Source: Sphaerochaetaceae bacterium (lineage in GTDB: Bacteria; Spirochaetota; Spirochaetia; Sphaerochaetales; Sphaerochaetaceae). From it: a stretch of 64,000 nt of DNA. The notes beneath the pieces are model-generated. The model was not told the DNA's origin. It worked only from the letters and a program-made list of their open reading frames with translations, and made no database searches. The translations under genes and the position numbers were made by a program. Location of the stretch: positions 88 through 64,087 of the forward strand of contig JBFHKM010000001.1 of the NCBI GenBank assembly GCA_041595335.1, read 5' to 3'. This document shows positions 28,117 to 38,065 of this stretch, piece by piece; the first letter of the stretch is position 1, and every line of letters starts with the position of its first letter.

Positions 28117-29796
28117 ATGAAAAATAATAAAAAGTTTCTTTCATTAATTATTATCTTTATATTGATTGAAACAGGTATTGTGGCATCAAATTATGCCACT
28201 CTTTATGACAGAGATGATTTTGAAGTACAAGCAATCAACACTCTTGCTCTTAGATCATCTACCAATGGTATTTTTGATAGCTTTCCAACAACAAAAACCA
28301 GCCTTCAAGATGCTATAAATAGAGTTGATATAACTAAATTAGATAATTACGAATTGAAACTGTACAATAAAGTTCTGACCATGCTTGATGAGAAAAGCAA
28401 TCTTTACAATGATGAGGATTCATCAGTAAATGGAGATATACTTTTCAGCGGCGCAATGAGGTCATATAGAACCAACAGTGAATCTTTGAAACAGTATGAA
28501 CTTTTGGAACAATATAAAGACAATCTTCCTTGGATTGATACCAGAATGCAAATAGATTTTGGTGACTATTTTTATGGATATACTCAGTTTGAGTTTCAAG
28601 ATGAAAATTTTTATGACTACGATGAAGATGTTCCATCATTTGATCACAGTCTTCATAGCTCACCGTTCAACGATGACAGTGCTTATAAGTTAAATTCTAT
28701 GGAACCTCTCAAGATAGGACTGTCTGCAGGATCCGATAACTTCAATTTTCAATTTGGTAGAAACAGACTTTCTGAAGGGTCTGGTATTACTGGAAATCTG
28801 ATCATTGGAGATAATTATTCAAGACAGGATTATATATCCTATTCTCTATTTTCAGGATTTTTTAGCTATCACATGTCTCTGACTCAGTTTGATTTGCAAC
28901 AGTCTGATGGTTCAATGTATCCTGTTTCATTTAACAATGATTCACAGTACAGAGTCATCAACAGATTTACTGTGACTCCACTGGACAATCTTTCTTTTGA
29001 TTTTTATCAAGGAGCTCTTTTTAAAACTCAATATGTTGATTACAGAATGATTCTTCCCTTCATGTATGTTCACAATTATTTCAACTTCGATCAAGATTCC
29101 AGCACGAATGGTTACAATGATGAGGCCAACAATATATTGGGAGCCAATTTAAAATGGGTGATCATGAGAGGTCTTGAAGTGAACTTACAGACAGTGCTTG
29201 ATCAATATACTCTTCCAACTGAAAATTATGGAGGATTCCCCAATGCCTATGGTATTCTCTTCAATATCAAGAACTCCATATCCATGAAGAATGGCTCTCT
29301 TAATAATTATATTGAAGTTGTGTACACATCACCTTATCTATATCTCAATGAGAAAAAAGAATCCAATGGAGATGAAAACTACAACTATGATTGGATATTG
29401 GGAAATTATCTAACAGGCTCTGTGGATGAGATTTCTTACAGTGGATATATTTATGGTCCAGATAATCTTGTTCTTGCATATGGTTTCAACTATCTAAGCT
29501 ACAATGAATGGAGTGCTGGAACAGATTTTATATTCAGAATGGATGGAACAAAAGGTATCCAAACAGATAGAAACAGTTCTGTTTCAATAGGTGAAGTTGA
29601 TAATACTTTGTTTATGGTTGGAACGCCTGAAATAAGTTTTACAGTAAGACCTACTGTTTCGTTTGATATCAACAATGTGATATTCTTCAATGGTGTATTT
29701 GGATTCGTTGGTAAGATAAATAGATTCCATGATATCGCAAGCTCTGTCAGCTACAATATTCAGGGTGCTATCTCAGCAACTATCAAACTTCTGTAA
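28117..29796 (+). CDS. Hypothetical secreted or outer-membrane protein
   Basis: 559 aa. N-terminal signal-like hydrophobic segment. Asn/Tyr/Phe-rich beta-type composition. No family recognised. Confidence 0.6.
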   Translation: MKNNKKFLSLIIIFILIETGIVASNYATLYDRDDFEVQAINTLALRSSTNGIFDSFPTTKTSLQDAINRVDITKLDNYELKLYNKVLTMLDEKSNLYNDEDSSVNGDILFSGAMRSYRTNSESLKQYELLEQYKDNLPWIDTRMQIDFGDYFYGYTQFEFQDENFYDYDEDVPSFDHSLHSSPFNDDSAYKLNSMEPLKIGLSAGSDNFNFQFGRNRLSEGSGITGNLIIGDNYSRQDYISYSLFSGFFSYHMSLTQFDLQQSDGSMYPVSFNNDSQYRVINRFTVTPLDNLSFDFYQGALFKTQYVDYRMILPFMYVHNYFNFDQDSSTNGYNDEANNILGANLKWVIMRGLEVNLQTVLDQYTLPTENYGGFPNAYGILFNIKNSISMKNGSLNNYIEVVYTSPYLYLNEKKESNGDENYNYDWILGNYLTGSVDEISYSGYIYGPDNLVLAYGFNYLSYNEWSAGTDFIFRMDGTKGIQTDRNSSVSIGEVDNTLFMVGTPEISFTVRPTVSFDINNVIFFNGVFGFVGKINRFHDIASSVSYNIQGAISATIKLL

Positions 29797-29830
29797 ATCA
29801 GAAGTTTGAAGTTCTACCTAAAAAATAGAA

Positions 29831-29856
29831 CTGCTATGGCCAAACGACCATAGCAG
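29831..29856 (-). terminator. Probable terminator of argH
   Basis: CTGCTATGG-N8-CCATAGCAG hairpin, with a T-rich tract following on the minus strand. Confidence 0.55.
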
Positions 29857-29883
29857 AAAAAAAATATACAACAACAAATATTG

Positions 29884-31266
29884 TTATTTACTGGTTAAAA
29901 AAGTTTTCACCGCTGTTATCTGTCTTTCAACTTCTTCAGGTGAGGTTCCACCAAAACTGTTACGTTTGGTAAGACACTTTTCAAGTGAGATCTCGCTTTT
30001 CACATCTTCATCAAAATCAGTACTGAATTTTTTAAATTCATCCATTGATAAGGTATCAAGAGTTTTATCCTCTTTTATGCAATAAGCAACTATCTCCCCT
30101 GTAATTTTGTATGCAGTTCTAAAAGGTGTGCCCTTCTTTGTTAGATAGTCAGCAACATCTGTTGCATTTATAAAGCCTTTCTGAGCAGCTTTATACATAT
30201 TGTCTTTTCTAACATTCCAAGTAGCAATCATTTTTTTGAATATTGGGAGACATTGAAGAACTGTATCAATTGAATCAAATACTGCTTCTTTATCTTCCTG
30301 CATGTCTTTATTGTATGCTAAAGGTAAACCTTTTAAGGTTGTTAGCATATTCATCAAATTTCCATAACATCTTCCTGTTTTTCCTCTAACAAGTTCTGCA
30401 ATATCTGCATTCTTTTTTTGAGGCATGATGGAAGATCCTGTGCAGTAGGCATCGTCAAGTTCAATGAACTTGAACTCCCAGCTGCACCACAATATAATCT
30501 CTTCAGAAAATCTTGATAGATGCATCATTATCAATGATATGTCGGTAAGTAGCTCCACAAGGAAGTCCCTGTCAGCAACACCATCCATAGCATTCTCACA
30601 TGCACTATTGAAACCTAAAAGGCTTTTCGTAAGCTCTCTGTTAATTGGATAACTTGTTCCAGCTAAAGCACAAGAACCTAGAGGCATGATATTTGTTCTT
30701 TCGATGCATTGATCAATTCTCTGTATATCTCTTTCAAACATTTGAGCGTAAGCCATCAGATGGAATGCAAATGATATTGGTTGAGCTCTTTGAAGATGAG
30801 TGTAACCTGGCATGATTGTTTCAGTATGTTCTGATGCAATATTGCTGATAACTTCAAGAAGGTCATAAAGATGCATCTTCAATTCTTTCTCTTTATCAAT
30901 CACATACATTCTGATATCAAGAGCTACTTGGTCATTACGGCTTCTTGCAGTATGAAGCCTTTTTCCAGCTTCACCAATTTTATTGGTGAGCAACTCTTCA
31001 ACAAACATATGAATATCTTCAGCATTTGAATCATAAGGATTGATCTTTCCAGTTTTAAAATCTTCTTCTATTTCACTCAAGCCATCTATAATTTGATTTG
31101 AATCTTCCCCACTTATAATGCCACAGCTGCCTAGCATAATTGCATGTGCAATGCTGCCCTTTATATCCTGTTCCACCATCCTTGCATCAAAATGCAAGGA
31201 TGAATTAAAATCATTGGTTTCTGCGGCTATACTTTTTTGGAATCTTCCACTCCACATGGTTTTCAT
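29884..31266 (-). CDS. argH: Argininosuccinate lyase
   Basis: 460 aa. 'GRFQK', 'SRNDQVALD', fumarate-lyase signature 'GSSIMPQKKN'. Confidence 0.95.
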   Translation of the reverse strand: MKTMWSGRFQKSIAAETNDFNSSLHFDARMVEQDIKGSIAHAIMLGSCGIISGEDSNQIIDGLSEIEEDFKTGKINPYDSNAEDIHMFVEELLTNKIGEAGKRLHTARSRNDQVALDIRMYVIDKEKELKMHLYDLLEVISNIASEHTETIMPGYTHLQRAQPISFAFHLMAYAQMFERDIQRIDQCIERTNIMPLGSCALAGTSYPINRELTKSLLGFNSACENAMDGVADRDFLVELLTDISLIMMHLSRFSEEIILWCSWEFKFIELDDAYCTGSSIMPQKKNADIAELVRGKTGRCYGNLMNMLTTLKGLPLAYNKDMQEDKEAVFDSIDTVLQCLPIFKKMIATWNVRKDNMYKAAQKGFINATDVADYLTKKGTPFRTAYKITGEIVAYCIKEDKTLDTLSMDEFKKFSTDFDEDVKSEISLEKCLTKRNSFGGTSPEEVERQITAVKTFLTSK

Positions 31267-31275
31267 AAATATTTC

Positions 31276-32508
31276 CTATTGTAAGTTATTTTTAATTTCC
31301 ATTTGTGCTTTTACCTTAATTGGTAAGCCAAACAAGTTGATGAATCCAGCACTGTCATTTTGGTCATATACATGATCTTCATCAAAAGTAGCAATGTTTT
31401 CATCATATAATGAGTAAGGTGATTCCACACCAGCATTGATGATATTACCTTTGTAAAGTTTCAATTTAACTGTTCCTGAAACTCTTTCTTGAGTCTTATC
31501 TACAAATGCATCAAGAGATTCTCTCAAAACAGTGAACCATGTACCATTATAAACGATATCTGCATATTTCTGTGCAACTAAATATTTGTAATGCTGAGTT
31601 TCTTTATCAAGTGTGATTGTTTCCAATACCTGATGTGCTCTGTATAAAATAGTTCCACCAGGAGTTTCATAAACACCTCTAGATTTCATACCCACCAATC
31701 TGTTCTCAACTAAATCTGTGATACCAATACCATTCTCACCACCGACTTTATTCAGTGCTTCAATCATATCAACACCATTGAGCTTCTTACCATTGAATTT
31801 TGTAGGAATACCTTTTTCAAATTCAAGTTCAATGTAGGTAGGTTCATCTGGTGCAGAAAATGGAGATACTCCCATCTCTAGGAACTTAGCCTTTTCATAA
31901 TCTGGTTCATTAGCAGGATTTTCAAGATCCAAACCTTCATGAGATAGGTGCCAAAGGTTCTTATCTTTTGAGTAGTTTGTTTCTTTGTTGATCTTCAATG
32001 GAATGTTATGTGCTTCTGCATATTCAATTTCTTGAGTTCTTGATTTAATTTCCCAAGTTCTCCAAGGAGCAATAATTGCTAGATCTGGAGCAAATGCTTT
32101 AATTGCCAATTCAAATCTTACTTGATCATTACCTTTACCAGTACAACCATGACAGATTGCATCAGCACCCTCTTCTTTTGCAATTTTCACAAGTTCTTTA
32201 CCAATTAAAGGTCTTGCAAATGAAGTTCCAAGTAAATAATCCTGTTCATATACAGCACCAGCTTTCAATGTTGGATAGATGTAATCTTGAACAAAATCTT
32301 CTTTTAAATCCAAAATGTATAACTTTGAAGCACCAGTTTTTTTAGCTTTTTCTTCTAGTCCATCAAGTTCTGTTCCCTGACCCACATCTGCACTGACAGC
32401 GATGATTTCAGGATCACCGTAATTTTCCTTCAACCAAGGAATAATGATTGATGTATCAAGACCACCAGAATAAGCTAAAACGATTTTTTTGTAATTTGTA
32501 TTTTCCAT
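31276..32508 (-). CDS. argG: Argininosuccinate synthase
   Basis: 410 aa. 'AYSGGLDTS' P-loop, '[14 protein letters not shown]'. Confidence 0.96.
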   Translation of the reverse strand: MENTNYKKIVLAYSGGLDTSIIIPWLKENYGDPEIIAVSADVGQGTELDGLEEKAKKTGASKLYILDLKEDFVQDYIYPTLKAGAVYEQDYLLGTSFARPLIGKELVKIAKEEGADAICHGCTGKGNDQVRFELAIKAFAPDLAIIAPWRTWEIKSRTQEIEYAEAHNIPLKINKETNYSKDKNLWHLSHEGLDLENPANEPDYEKAKFLEMGVSPFSAPDEPTYIELEFEKGIPTKFNGKKLNGVDMIEALNKVGGENGIGITDLVENRLVGMKSRGVYETPGGTILYRAHQVLETITLDKETQHYKYLVAQKYADIVYNGTWFTVLRESLDAFVDKTQERVSGTVKLKLYKGNIINAGVESPYSLYDENIATFDEDHVYDQNDSAGFINLFGLPIKVKAQMEIKNNLQ

Positions 32509-32773
32509 TTGTAATCTCCGTATTTAATATTTATGCAAGTTATACATTTTTATAGAATTATTGTCAACGTATATTTATACATTTTTATTTGTTTTTACAT
32601 TATTTTTAATCATATTTATGTAAATATACCGTATATATACAGTATATACATAAATATTCATATACAAAATCTATTAATAAATATACATTTTGAGACCATA
32701 ATACACTAATAAGTGATTGATTTACATCTTTAAGTCTATAGAAAAAAACTTTACTGCCTGTTATCATAAAATT

Positions 32774-33169
32774 ATGAAAACAATAAATGTAGTTGCAGCT
32801 GTTATAATAAATGATGATAAAATATTTACTGCACAACGTCCTGATAGAGGGGAAGTTGCAAAAATGTGGGAATTCCCAGGTGGTAAAATTGAAAAAGGTG
32901 AGATGGAAGAAGAGGCTTTGTTGAGAGAAATCCAGGAAGAATTTGATACAGATCTCAATGTTGGCAAGAAGATAATTACCATACAACACCAGTATTCCAA
33001 TTTTAAAGTGATAATGAGTGGATATTTCTGCACCATCAAACATGGAAATTTAGATTTAAAAGAGCATCTTGATTCTAAATGGCTCTGTATTGATAATTTA
33101 GAGAGTGTGAATTGGGCTCCAGCAGATCGACCAATTGTTAAAGAAGTAATGAAACAACTTTCTGAATGA
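32774..33169 (+). CDS. NUDIX hydrolase, MutT-like (deoxy)nucleoside triphosphate pyrophosphohydrolase
   Basis: Nudix box 'GGKIEKGEMEEEALLREIQEEF'. ATG at 32774 chosen, since 'MKTINVVAAVI' is the typical N-terminus. Confidence 0.85.
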   Translation: MKTINVVAAVIINDDKIFTAQRPDRGEVAKMWEFPGGKIEKGEMEEEALLREIQEEFDTDLNVGKKIITIQHQYSNFKVIMSGYFCTIKHGNLDLKEHLDSKWLCIDNLESVNWAPADRPIVKEVMKQLSE

Positions 33170-33354
33170 TCAATTTTAAGAAGTTCCTTATTTTTTTGTT
33201 GAGCGGCACCTCATTTACAATCACAAAGAGGTGCTCTTTGACAATATAGCATAAAAAGACTTGATACTGAGAGCTCACTCCGTTTTTCAGTGCTCTCTAT
33301 ACATATTGAAGCTCCGATTCTTCCAAAAGAATAACTACTTTAATTTATCAACCC

Positions 33355-33383
33355 AAAAAAATGAGTTCCTGAAATAGGAACTC
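33355..33383 (-). terminator. Rho-independent terminator of the REC-GGDEF-EAL gene
   Basis: Minus strand GAGTTCC-N7-GGAACTC followed by T7. Confidence 0.75.
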
Positions 33384-33405
33384 AAAGATATTAACTTTTA
33401 ATGAA

Positions 33406-35133
33406 TCAGACACTCTGTTGTTTTGGTTGCTGTGAATTCTTTTTTAACAGATCTATAAATAGATCTTCACTAACTGGCTTTGAGAACAAGAATCCTTGCC
33501 CCACCTCACAACCAATATCCTTCAAGAAATTTTCTTGAGCTTTTGTCTCAATTCCTTCAGCAACAACTGGTAAATCTAGAAGTTTGTTCATATGAATTAC
33601 TGACTTCAGTATTATTGCAGCTCTTTCATTTGATTCAAGCCCCTGCAAGAAATTCAAGTCAATTTTTAAAACATCAAATACAAGGTCTTTAAGAACATTC
33701 AAAGAAGATAAACCAGATCCAAAGTCATCCATATGAACACTCAAGCCTGATTCTTGGAATTTATCAACAACACTCTGTATAAATTTAGGATCGGACATAT
33801 AAGATGATTCAGTGATTTCAATGTTTATACAATCTGGAGTCAATCCATGCTTCTCAATTAAATCAAGAAGCTCAATCCACAGTTTTTCTCTGTAGAAGTT
33901 GTTTCTAGATACATTCACTGATACTGGTATCTTTGGAAGATCTGTCTTTCTCCATCTTGCAACGGCAGCACAGGTTTGATCCCAAACATAATGATCAAGT
34001 TGATGAATCAATCCATTGTTTTCTAATATAGGGATGAACACCGCAGGGCTTATCATACCATATTTAGGATGATTCCATCGAACAAGAGCTTCAGCTCCAA
34101 CTATTTTTTGAGTGATGAGTGAATATTTAGGTTGATAATAAATCATTATCTCACCATTTTTAATTGCACCCTCTATTCCTGATATAACAGTCTGTTCAAT
34201 CTTGATCCATTTCTCAAGAGAGTCATTATAAATAACATAAGCTGCTGAATCAAAACCATTTTTAGCTCTTTTTACAGCATAGTCTGCTCTATCGCACATT
34301 CTATCAACTGAAACAGATTTATCCTGTACAAGATAGACACCATATAAAACATTCAAGTTTATATTCAATGGATAGTTTTTGAGATAATCATCTATCTTTT
34401 CTATATCAAATATCAGATCCTCTCTATCAGACGAAACAAGGGTTATGAATTTGTCAGAGTCCCATCTTGCAATAATTGAAGATGAAGGAAGTGTTTGAAG
34501 TAAAAAGAAAGCAAAATCTTTCAACAACTTATCACCAGTTTCTCTGTTGTACATGTCATTTACCAATTTAAATCTGGTGAAATCAGATCTTATGATTGTA
34601 TATTTCTTCATAGGATTCTTGTTCATTGTCTCTCTGGCAACTTCTAAAAATCCTGTCTGATTGTAAAGACCTGTTAATTTATCTAATTGGTATTTAGCTC
34701 TCTGATTGACAGTTTTTGATTGCTCTATCAAAGATTTTTTAGTCAGATGGCTGATCTCGCCATTTAGGATAGCTTCTTTTATTTTTGGTAATAATTTTTC
34801 AGTGTTATAAGGTTTTGGTAAAATTGATATGGCGCCAAGATCTAAGGCTTTATATATGTTCTCTACATTTTCATCAGCGGTGACAACAACAACAGGAATA
34901 TCGAAACTCTCAATTTTTTGTGTCTTCTCTAAGAATTCGAAGCCGTTCATTACAGGCATCATCAAATCCAAAATTATCAAAGACAATTCATCTTTTCGAA
35001 ATTTCAAAAGTTCAAGAGCTTCCGCTCCGTTACTCGCTTCTATTATAGAATAGTTACTACATAGGACATGTGAAAGTACTTTCCTATCTATTTCGCTATC
35101 TTCTACAATCATAATTGTGTTCTTGTCTATCAT
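33406..35133 (-). CDS. Response regulator with degenerate GGDEF and intact EAL domain (probable c-di-GMP phosphodiesterase)
   Basis: REC 'IMIVEDSEIDR...LIILDLMMPVMNG'. GGDEF site reads 'RWDSDKF'. EAL motifs 'EALVRW', 'EITES', 'DDFGSG', 'KIDLNF', 'EGIET'. Confidence 0.9.
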   Translation of the reverse strand: MIDKNTIMIVEDSEIDRKVLSHVLCSNYSIIEASNGAEALELLKFRKDELSLIILDLMMPVMNGFEFLEKTQKIESFDIPVVVVTADENVENIYKALDLGAISILPKPYNTEKLLPKIKEAILNGEISHLTKKSLIEQSKTVNQRAKYQLDKLTGLYNQTGFLEVARETMNKNPMKKYTIIRSDFTRFKLVNDMYNRETGDKLLKDFAFFLLQTLPSSSIIARWDSDKFITLVSSDREDLIFDIEKIDDYLKNYPLNINLNVLYGVYLVQDKSVSVDRMCDRADYAVKRAKNGFDSAAYVIYNDSLEKWIKIEQTVISGIEGAIKNGEIMIYYQPKYSLITQKIVGAEALVRWNHPKYGMISPAVFIPILENNGLIHQLDHYVWDQTCAAVARWRKTDLPKIPVSVNVSRNNFYREKLWIELLDLIEKHGLTPDCINIEITESSYMSDPKFIQSVVDKFQESGLSVHMDDFGSGLSSLNVLKDLVFDVLKIDLNFLQGLESNERAAIILKSVIHMNKLLDLPVVAEGIETKAQENFLKDIGCEVGQGFLFSKPVSEDLFIDLLKKNSQQPKQQSV

Positions 35134-35502
35134 TTTTACCTCATGAAAATTACTATATCTGTATAATAAAGATAATTAAGGTAAAAAGCAACCAAATTTA
35201 TCCAAAAATCCTTATTTTTATGAAACTTATGTCAAAAGACTATATTTTTTGTTACTATTCTTCAATAATTCACCTTCTATGACAGACTATGAAATATAAT
35301 TTTTCAATGATTTTGATACAATATTGCCTAAATTTATGATAAAACCAGTTCAATATCCTTATTTTTATGATTCAAACTTGTACCGACATCTTCCATCATT
35401 TTTATAATTCAAATTGTTATTATATGCACCAACAAACGATAAAAGTTAATAAAATTAACATAAACTGTTTATAAAATAACTTCAAAATGCTATGTAATTT
35501 TG

Positions 35503-37014
35503 ATGCAGAATGCATCCCAAGCCCTATATATTAATATGAATGAATCTTCAAAAATAGCAGAATATGCAAAGTCAAAATTTCATATTGAACATCTTAGACC
35601 AATGCAAAAGAAAGTCATTGAGAATATAATGTATTGCTACAACAACAAGCTCAACAACAGACTATTGGTTCTTTTGCAGACAGGAGGTGGTAAATCACTA
35701 TGCTTTCTTCTTCCATCCACAATTGTTGATGGAATCACTGTAATTGTTTATCCCCTGCTTGCTCTGATGAAAGATCAAAAAAGAAGACTCGACCTATCAA
35801 ACATCCCTTCTATAATAATAGAAGGAGGTCAAAGCAAACAAGAAAGAGAGCGACGATTCAAAAAGATTGAGAGTGGTTCTTGCAAAATTATAATAATCAA
35901 TCCCGAGATTCTTCTGAATGAAATGATAATGGACAGATTGAGACATTTCGATATATCTCTTTTCGTAATTGATGAGGCTCACACCATATGTGAATGGGGG
36001 CTCTCCTTTCGACCAGCTTACAAAATGCTAGGAAAGCAGATTCAAACACTTCACATAAAACAGATTCTTGCTTTCACTGCAACAGCTGATTCAAAAACCT
36101 TGAAGGCTCTATCAAAATATCTTTTCTTTTATGAGAACTATCACATAATCAGAGGTGGTGTCGATAGAGAGAATGTAATTTACCATCTCAGATACAGTTT
36201 TTCTAAGGATAGAGAGCTCTACAAAATTCTTCTAGATCCATCGCTGAGACCTGCTATTGTATTTTGTAAGAGTCGCAATGATACTAGATTCACCTATCAT
36301 AATTTTAAAGAACATGCAGATAACATTGATTCATTTTATTATCATGCAGGATTGAGCAAGCTGGAGAAGAAGAGAATTGAAGGAAGTTTTTTTGCAAGTG
36401 ACAGTGCTGTTCTTTTCTCGACCATTGCATTTGGCCTTGGTATGGATAAGAGCAATATAAGATGTGTCATTCATTACAGCATAGTAAATACAAATGTTCT
36501 GTCCTTTCTTCAAGAAAGTGGAAGAGGAGGCAGAGATGGAGGGATTGCACATTCAATAGTTCTTTTTGGGTCTTCTGAAATAAGAGCTATTTTAAGAAAG
36601 AATACATCAGATGATGTGGCTCTTTTGAAGATCTATAAATCTGGTAGATGCATCAGAAATGGACTCTGCTCATACATGGGGGAGAGCATCAAAAGTTGCA
36701 GTGGGTGCGATAGGTGCAGTGATTCTATAAACCTGAGTGTTGATGGGCTTGATGTTCTGATAAAACTTCTGCTGTTTCATCCTCTGCTTTACACAAGAAA
36801 AGAGATAATAAACATCCTTCATGGAAATGAGGAGTACAATATAGCACATCATTCTTATAGAATTTTAGCTGATTGGTTGGAGGATGATATCAATTCATTG
36901 ATAGATAGCTGCATTGAAGTTTCAGTTCTTATTGAGTTCAAAAAGCATATGATACTCAATTTAATAAAGCTTCGTGAGGTAATGAAGGTACTGAGATCTA
37001 ATTCTCAATTATAA
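35503..37014 (+). CDS. recQ: RecQ-family ATP-dependent DNA helicase (no HRDC domain)
   Basis: 'LRPMQKKV', Walker A 'TGGGKSL', 'VIDEAHTICEWGLSFRPAY', 'TATA', Zn-finger Cys cluster 'CSGCDRC'. ATG at 35503 follows a TTG at 35500. Confidence 0.85.
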   Translation: MQNASQALYINMNESSKIAEYAKSKFHIEHLRPMQKKVIENIMYCYNNKLNNRLLVLLQTGGGKSLCFLLPSTIVDGITVIVYPLLALMKDQKRRLDLSNIPSIIIEGGQSKQERERRFKKIESGSCKIIIINPEILLNEMIMDRLRHFDISLFVIDEAHTICEWGLSFRPAYKMLGKQIQTLHIKQILAFTATADSKTLKALSKYLFFYENYHIIRGGVDRENVIYHLRYSFSKDRELYKILLDPSLRPAIVFCKSRNDTRFTYHNFKEHADNIDSFYYHAGLSKLEKKRIEGSFFASDSAVLFSTIAFGLGMDKSNIRCVIHYSIVNTNVLSFLQESGRGGRDGGIAHSIVLFGSSEIRAILRKNTSDDVALLKIYKSGRCIRNGLCSYMGESIKSCSGCDRCSDSINLSVDGLDVLIKLLLFHPLLYTRKEIINILHGNEEYNIAHHSYRILADWLEDDINSLIDSCIEVSVLIEFKKHMILNLIKLREVMKVLRSNSQL

Positions 37015-37963
37015 GCTGAGGTTTTATTGTTTTAGATTCCATGTCTCCCCCATTTATATATTCAATCAAATTGCAGAGTGCAACGAAATATATCTGTTCA
37101 ATATTCAAATCAATTGAAGCCACTTTTCTCTGCAAGAAGCTGGTGAATGGTGCAGCATCATAACCTATAGCTGGGAAGTTGCCTTGAATTTCCAGAAGGA
37201 CCTGAGTGAGAGTGAAATCATTGACTGCTGCTATGCAATCATATTTTCTTTGTTCAAATGCATGTTTTATGTTCAGAATTTCCACACCAAGTCTTTGTTT
37301 GTCTATAAAAGGGACCTCAATGACATTGATATCAGGATAAACACTTTTGATTCCTTCAAGCCTCTCTTTATGTGCCATTACCTTATCTACATAACCTGTT
37401 ATATATACAGGTCTTTTGCAGTGCATTTTCTTGAGATACTCTCCCTGTAGCTCACCACCTCGTCTGTTATCTGTTGAGATATGATAGTAAGAGTCACTTG
37501 GTAATATATGATGAGCCAATACATAAGGTACGTCTATGCCTTCAAAGAAAGATTCTTCCTCTCTCTCATCAATATCATAGCCTATTATTCCATCACAGTT
37601 AGAAGCAATTATATCAAGTTCTTTTTTTGTGGAGATCTTAGAGAAGTGAAGTTGATATGAAGTGTTCTCAATTGCACTGTGCAGTCCCCTCATAGCCTGT
37701 CCATAGAACCAGTCAAACATGCTTAAAGAGCCCCAATAATAAGGACGGTTTGTTTTATCAACTTCAACCACACATATTATGCCTGTTCCAGACCTTCTAA
37801 GTTGGGCAGCATTTTTATTTGGGACATAACCAAGATCTTTTGAGGCACTGTATACTGCGTCTCTCAGATTCTTAGATACACTTGATGGAGAGTTAAATAC
37901 TCTGCTTACAGTTGCACTACTCACCCTTGCTTTCTTTGCAACTTGATCTCGATTAACTCTCAT
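36998..37963 (-). CDS. LacI/GalR-family transcriptional repressor
   Basis: HTH 'QVAKKARVSSATVSRVFN' plus periplasmic-binding-fold body. ATG at 37963 has an AAGGAG SD. The longer ORF to 38023 would cover the gal promoter. Confidence 0.85.
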   Translation of the reverse strand: MRVNRDQVAKKARVSSATVSRVFNSPSSVSKNLRDAVYSASKDLGYVPNKNAAQLRRSGTGIICVVEVDKTNRPYYWGSLSMFDWFYGQAMRGLHSAIENTSYQLHFSKISTKKELDIIASNCDGIIGYDIDEREEESFFEGIDVPYVLAHHILPSDSYYHISTDNRRGGELQGEYLKKMHCKRPVYITGYVDKVMAHKERLEGIKSVYPDINVIEVPFIDKQRLGVEILNIKHAFEQRKYDCIAAVNDFTLTQVLLEIQGNFPAIGYDAAPFTSFLQRKVASIDLNIEQIYFVALCNLIEYINGGDMESKTIKPQLIIEN

Positions 37964-37980
37964 AAAATGCTCCTTTTCTA

Positions 37981-38022
37981 TTGACATGCTAATAAAACCA
38001 TTATAGTATGTACACGTGTACA
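37981..38022 (+). promoter_or_regulatory. gal promoter (TTGACA -35, TAGTAT/TATAGT -10) overlapped by a 14-bp LacI-type operator TGTACACGTGTACA (38009-38022)
   Basis: Perfect palindrome with central CG, matching the generic LacI/GalR operator pattern TGnAAnCGnTTnCA. Sits between the divergent repressor gene and galT. Confidence 0.6.
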
Positions 38023-38065
38023 AATCAATAGGGATTATACAAAATTTTAACTTAAGGAGTATGTT

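Noticed and set aside
32509-32773. Possible ArgR (ARG box) operators upstream of argG, such as 'ATACATAAATATTCATA' and 'TATGCAAGTTATACAT'.
   Set aside because: They match only 3 of 5 positions in one half-site. In DNA this AT-rich such matches are expected by chance.
32606-33043. 145-aa and 91-aa minus-strand ORFs opposite the NUDIX gene and the arg/NUDIX intergenic region.
   Set aside because: Their composition is Phe/Ile/Tyr/Asn-rich as expected from AT-rich DNA. The plus-strand gene has a perfect Nudix box.
37964-38023. Extension of the LacI-family ORF to 38023.
   Set aside because: It would add 'MYTCTYYNGFISMSIEKEHF' before the HTH and run through the gal promoter and operator. The ATG at 37963 has an AAGGAG SD and gives the canonical N-terminal HTH.
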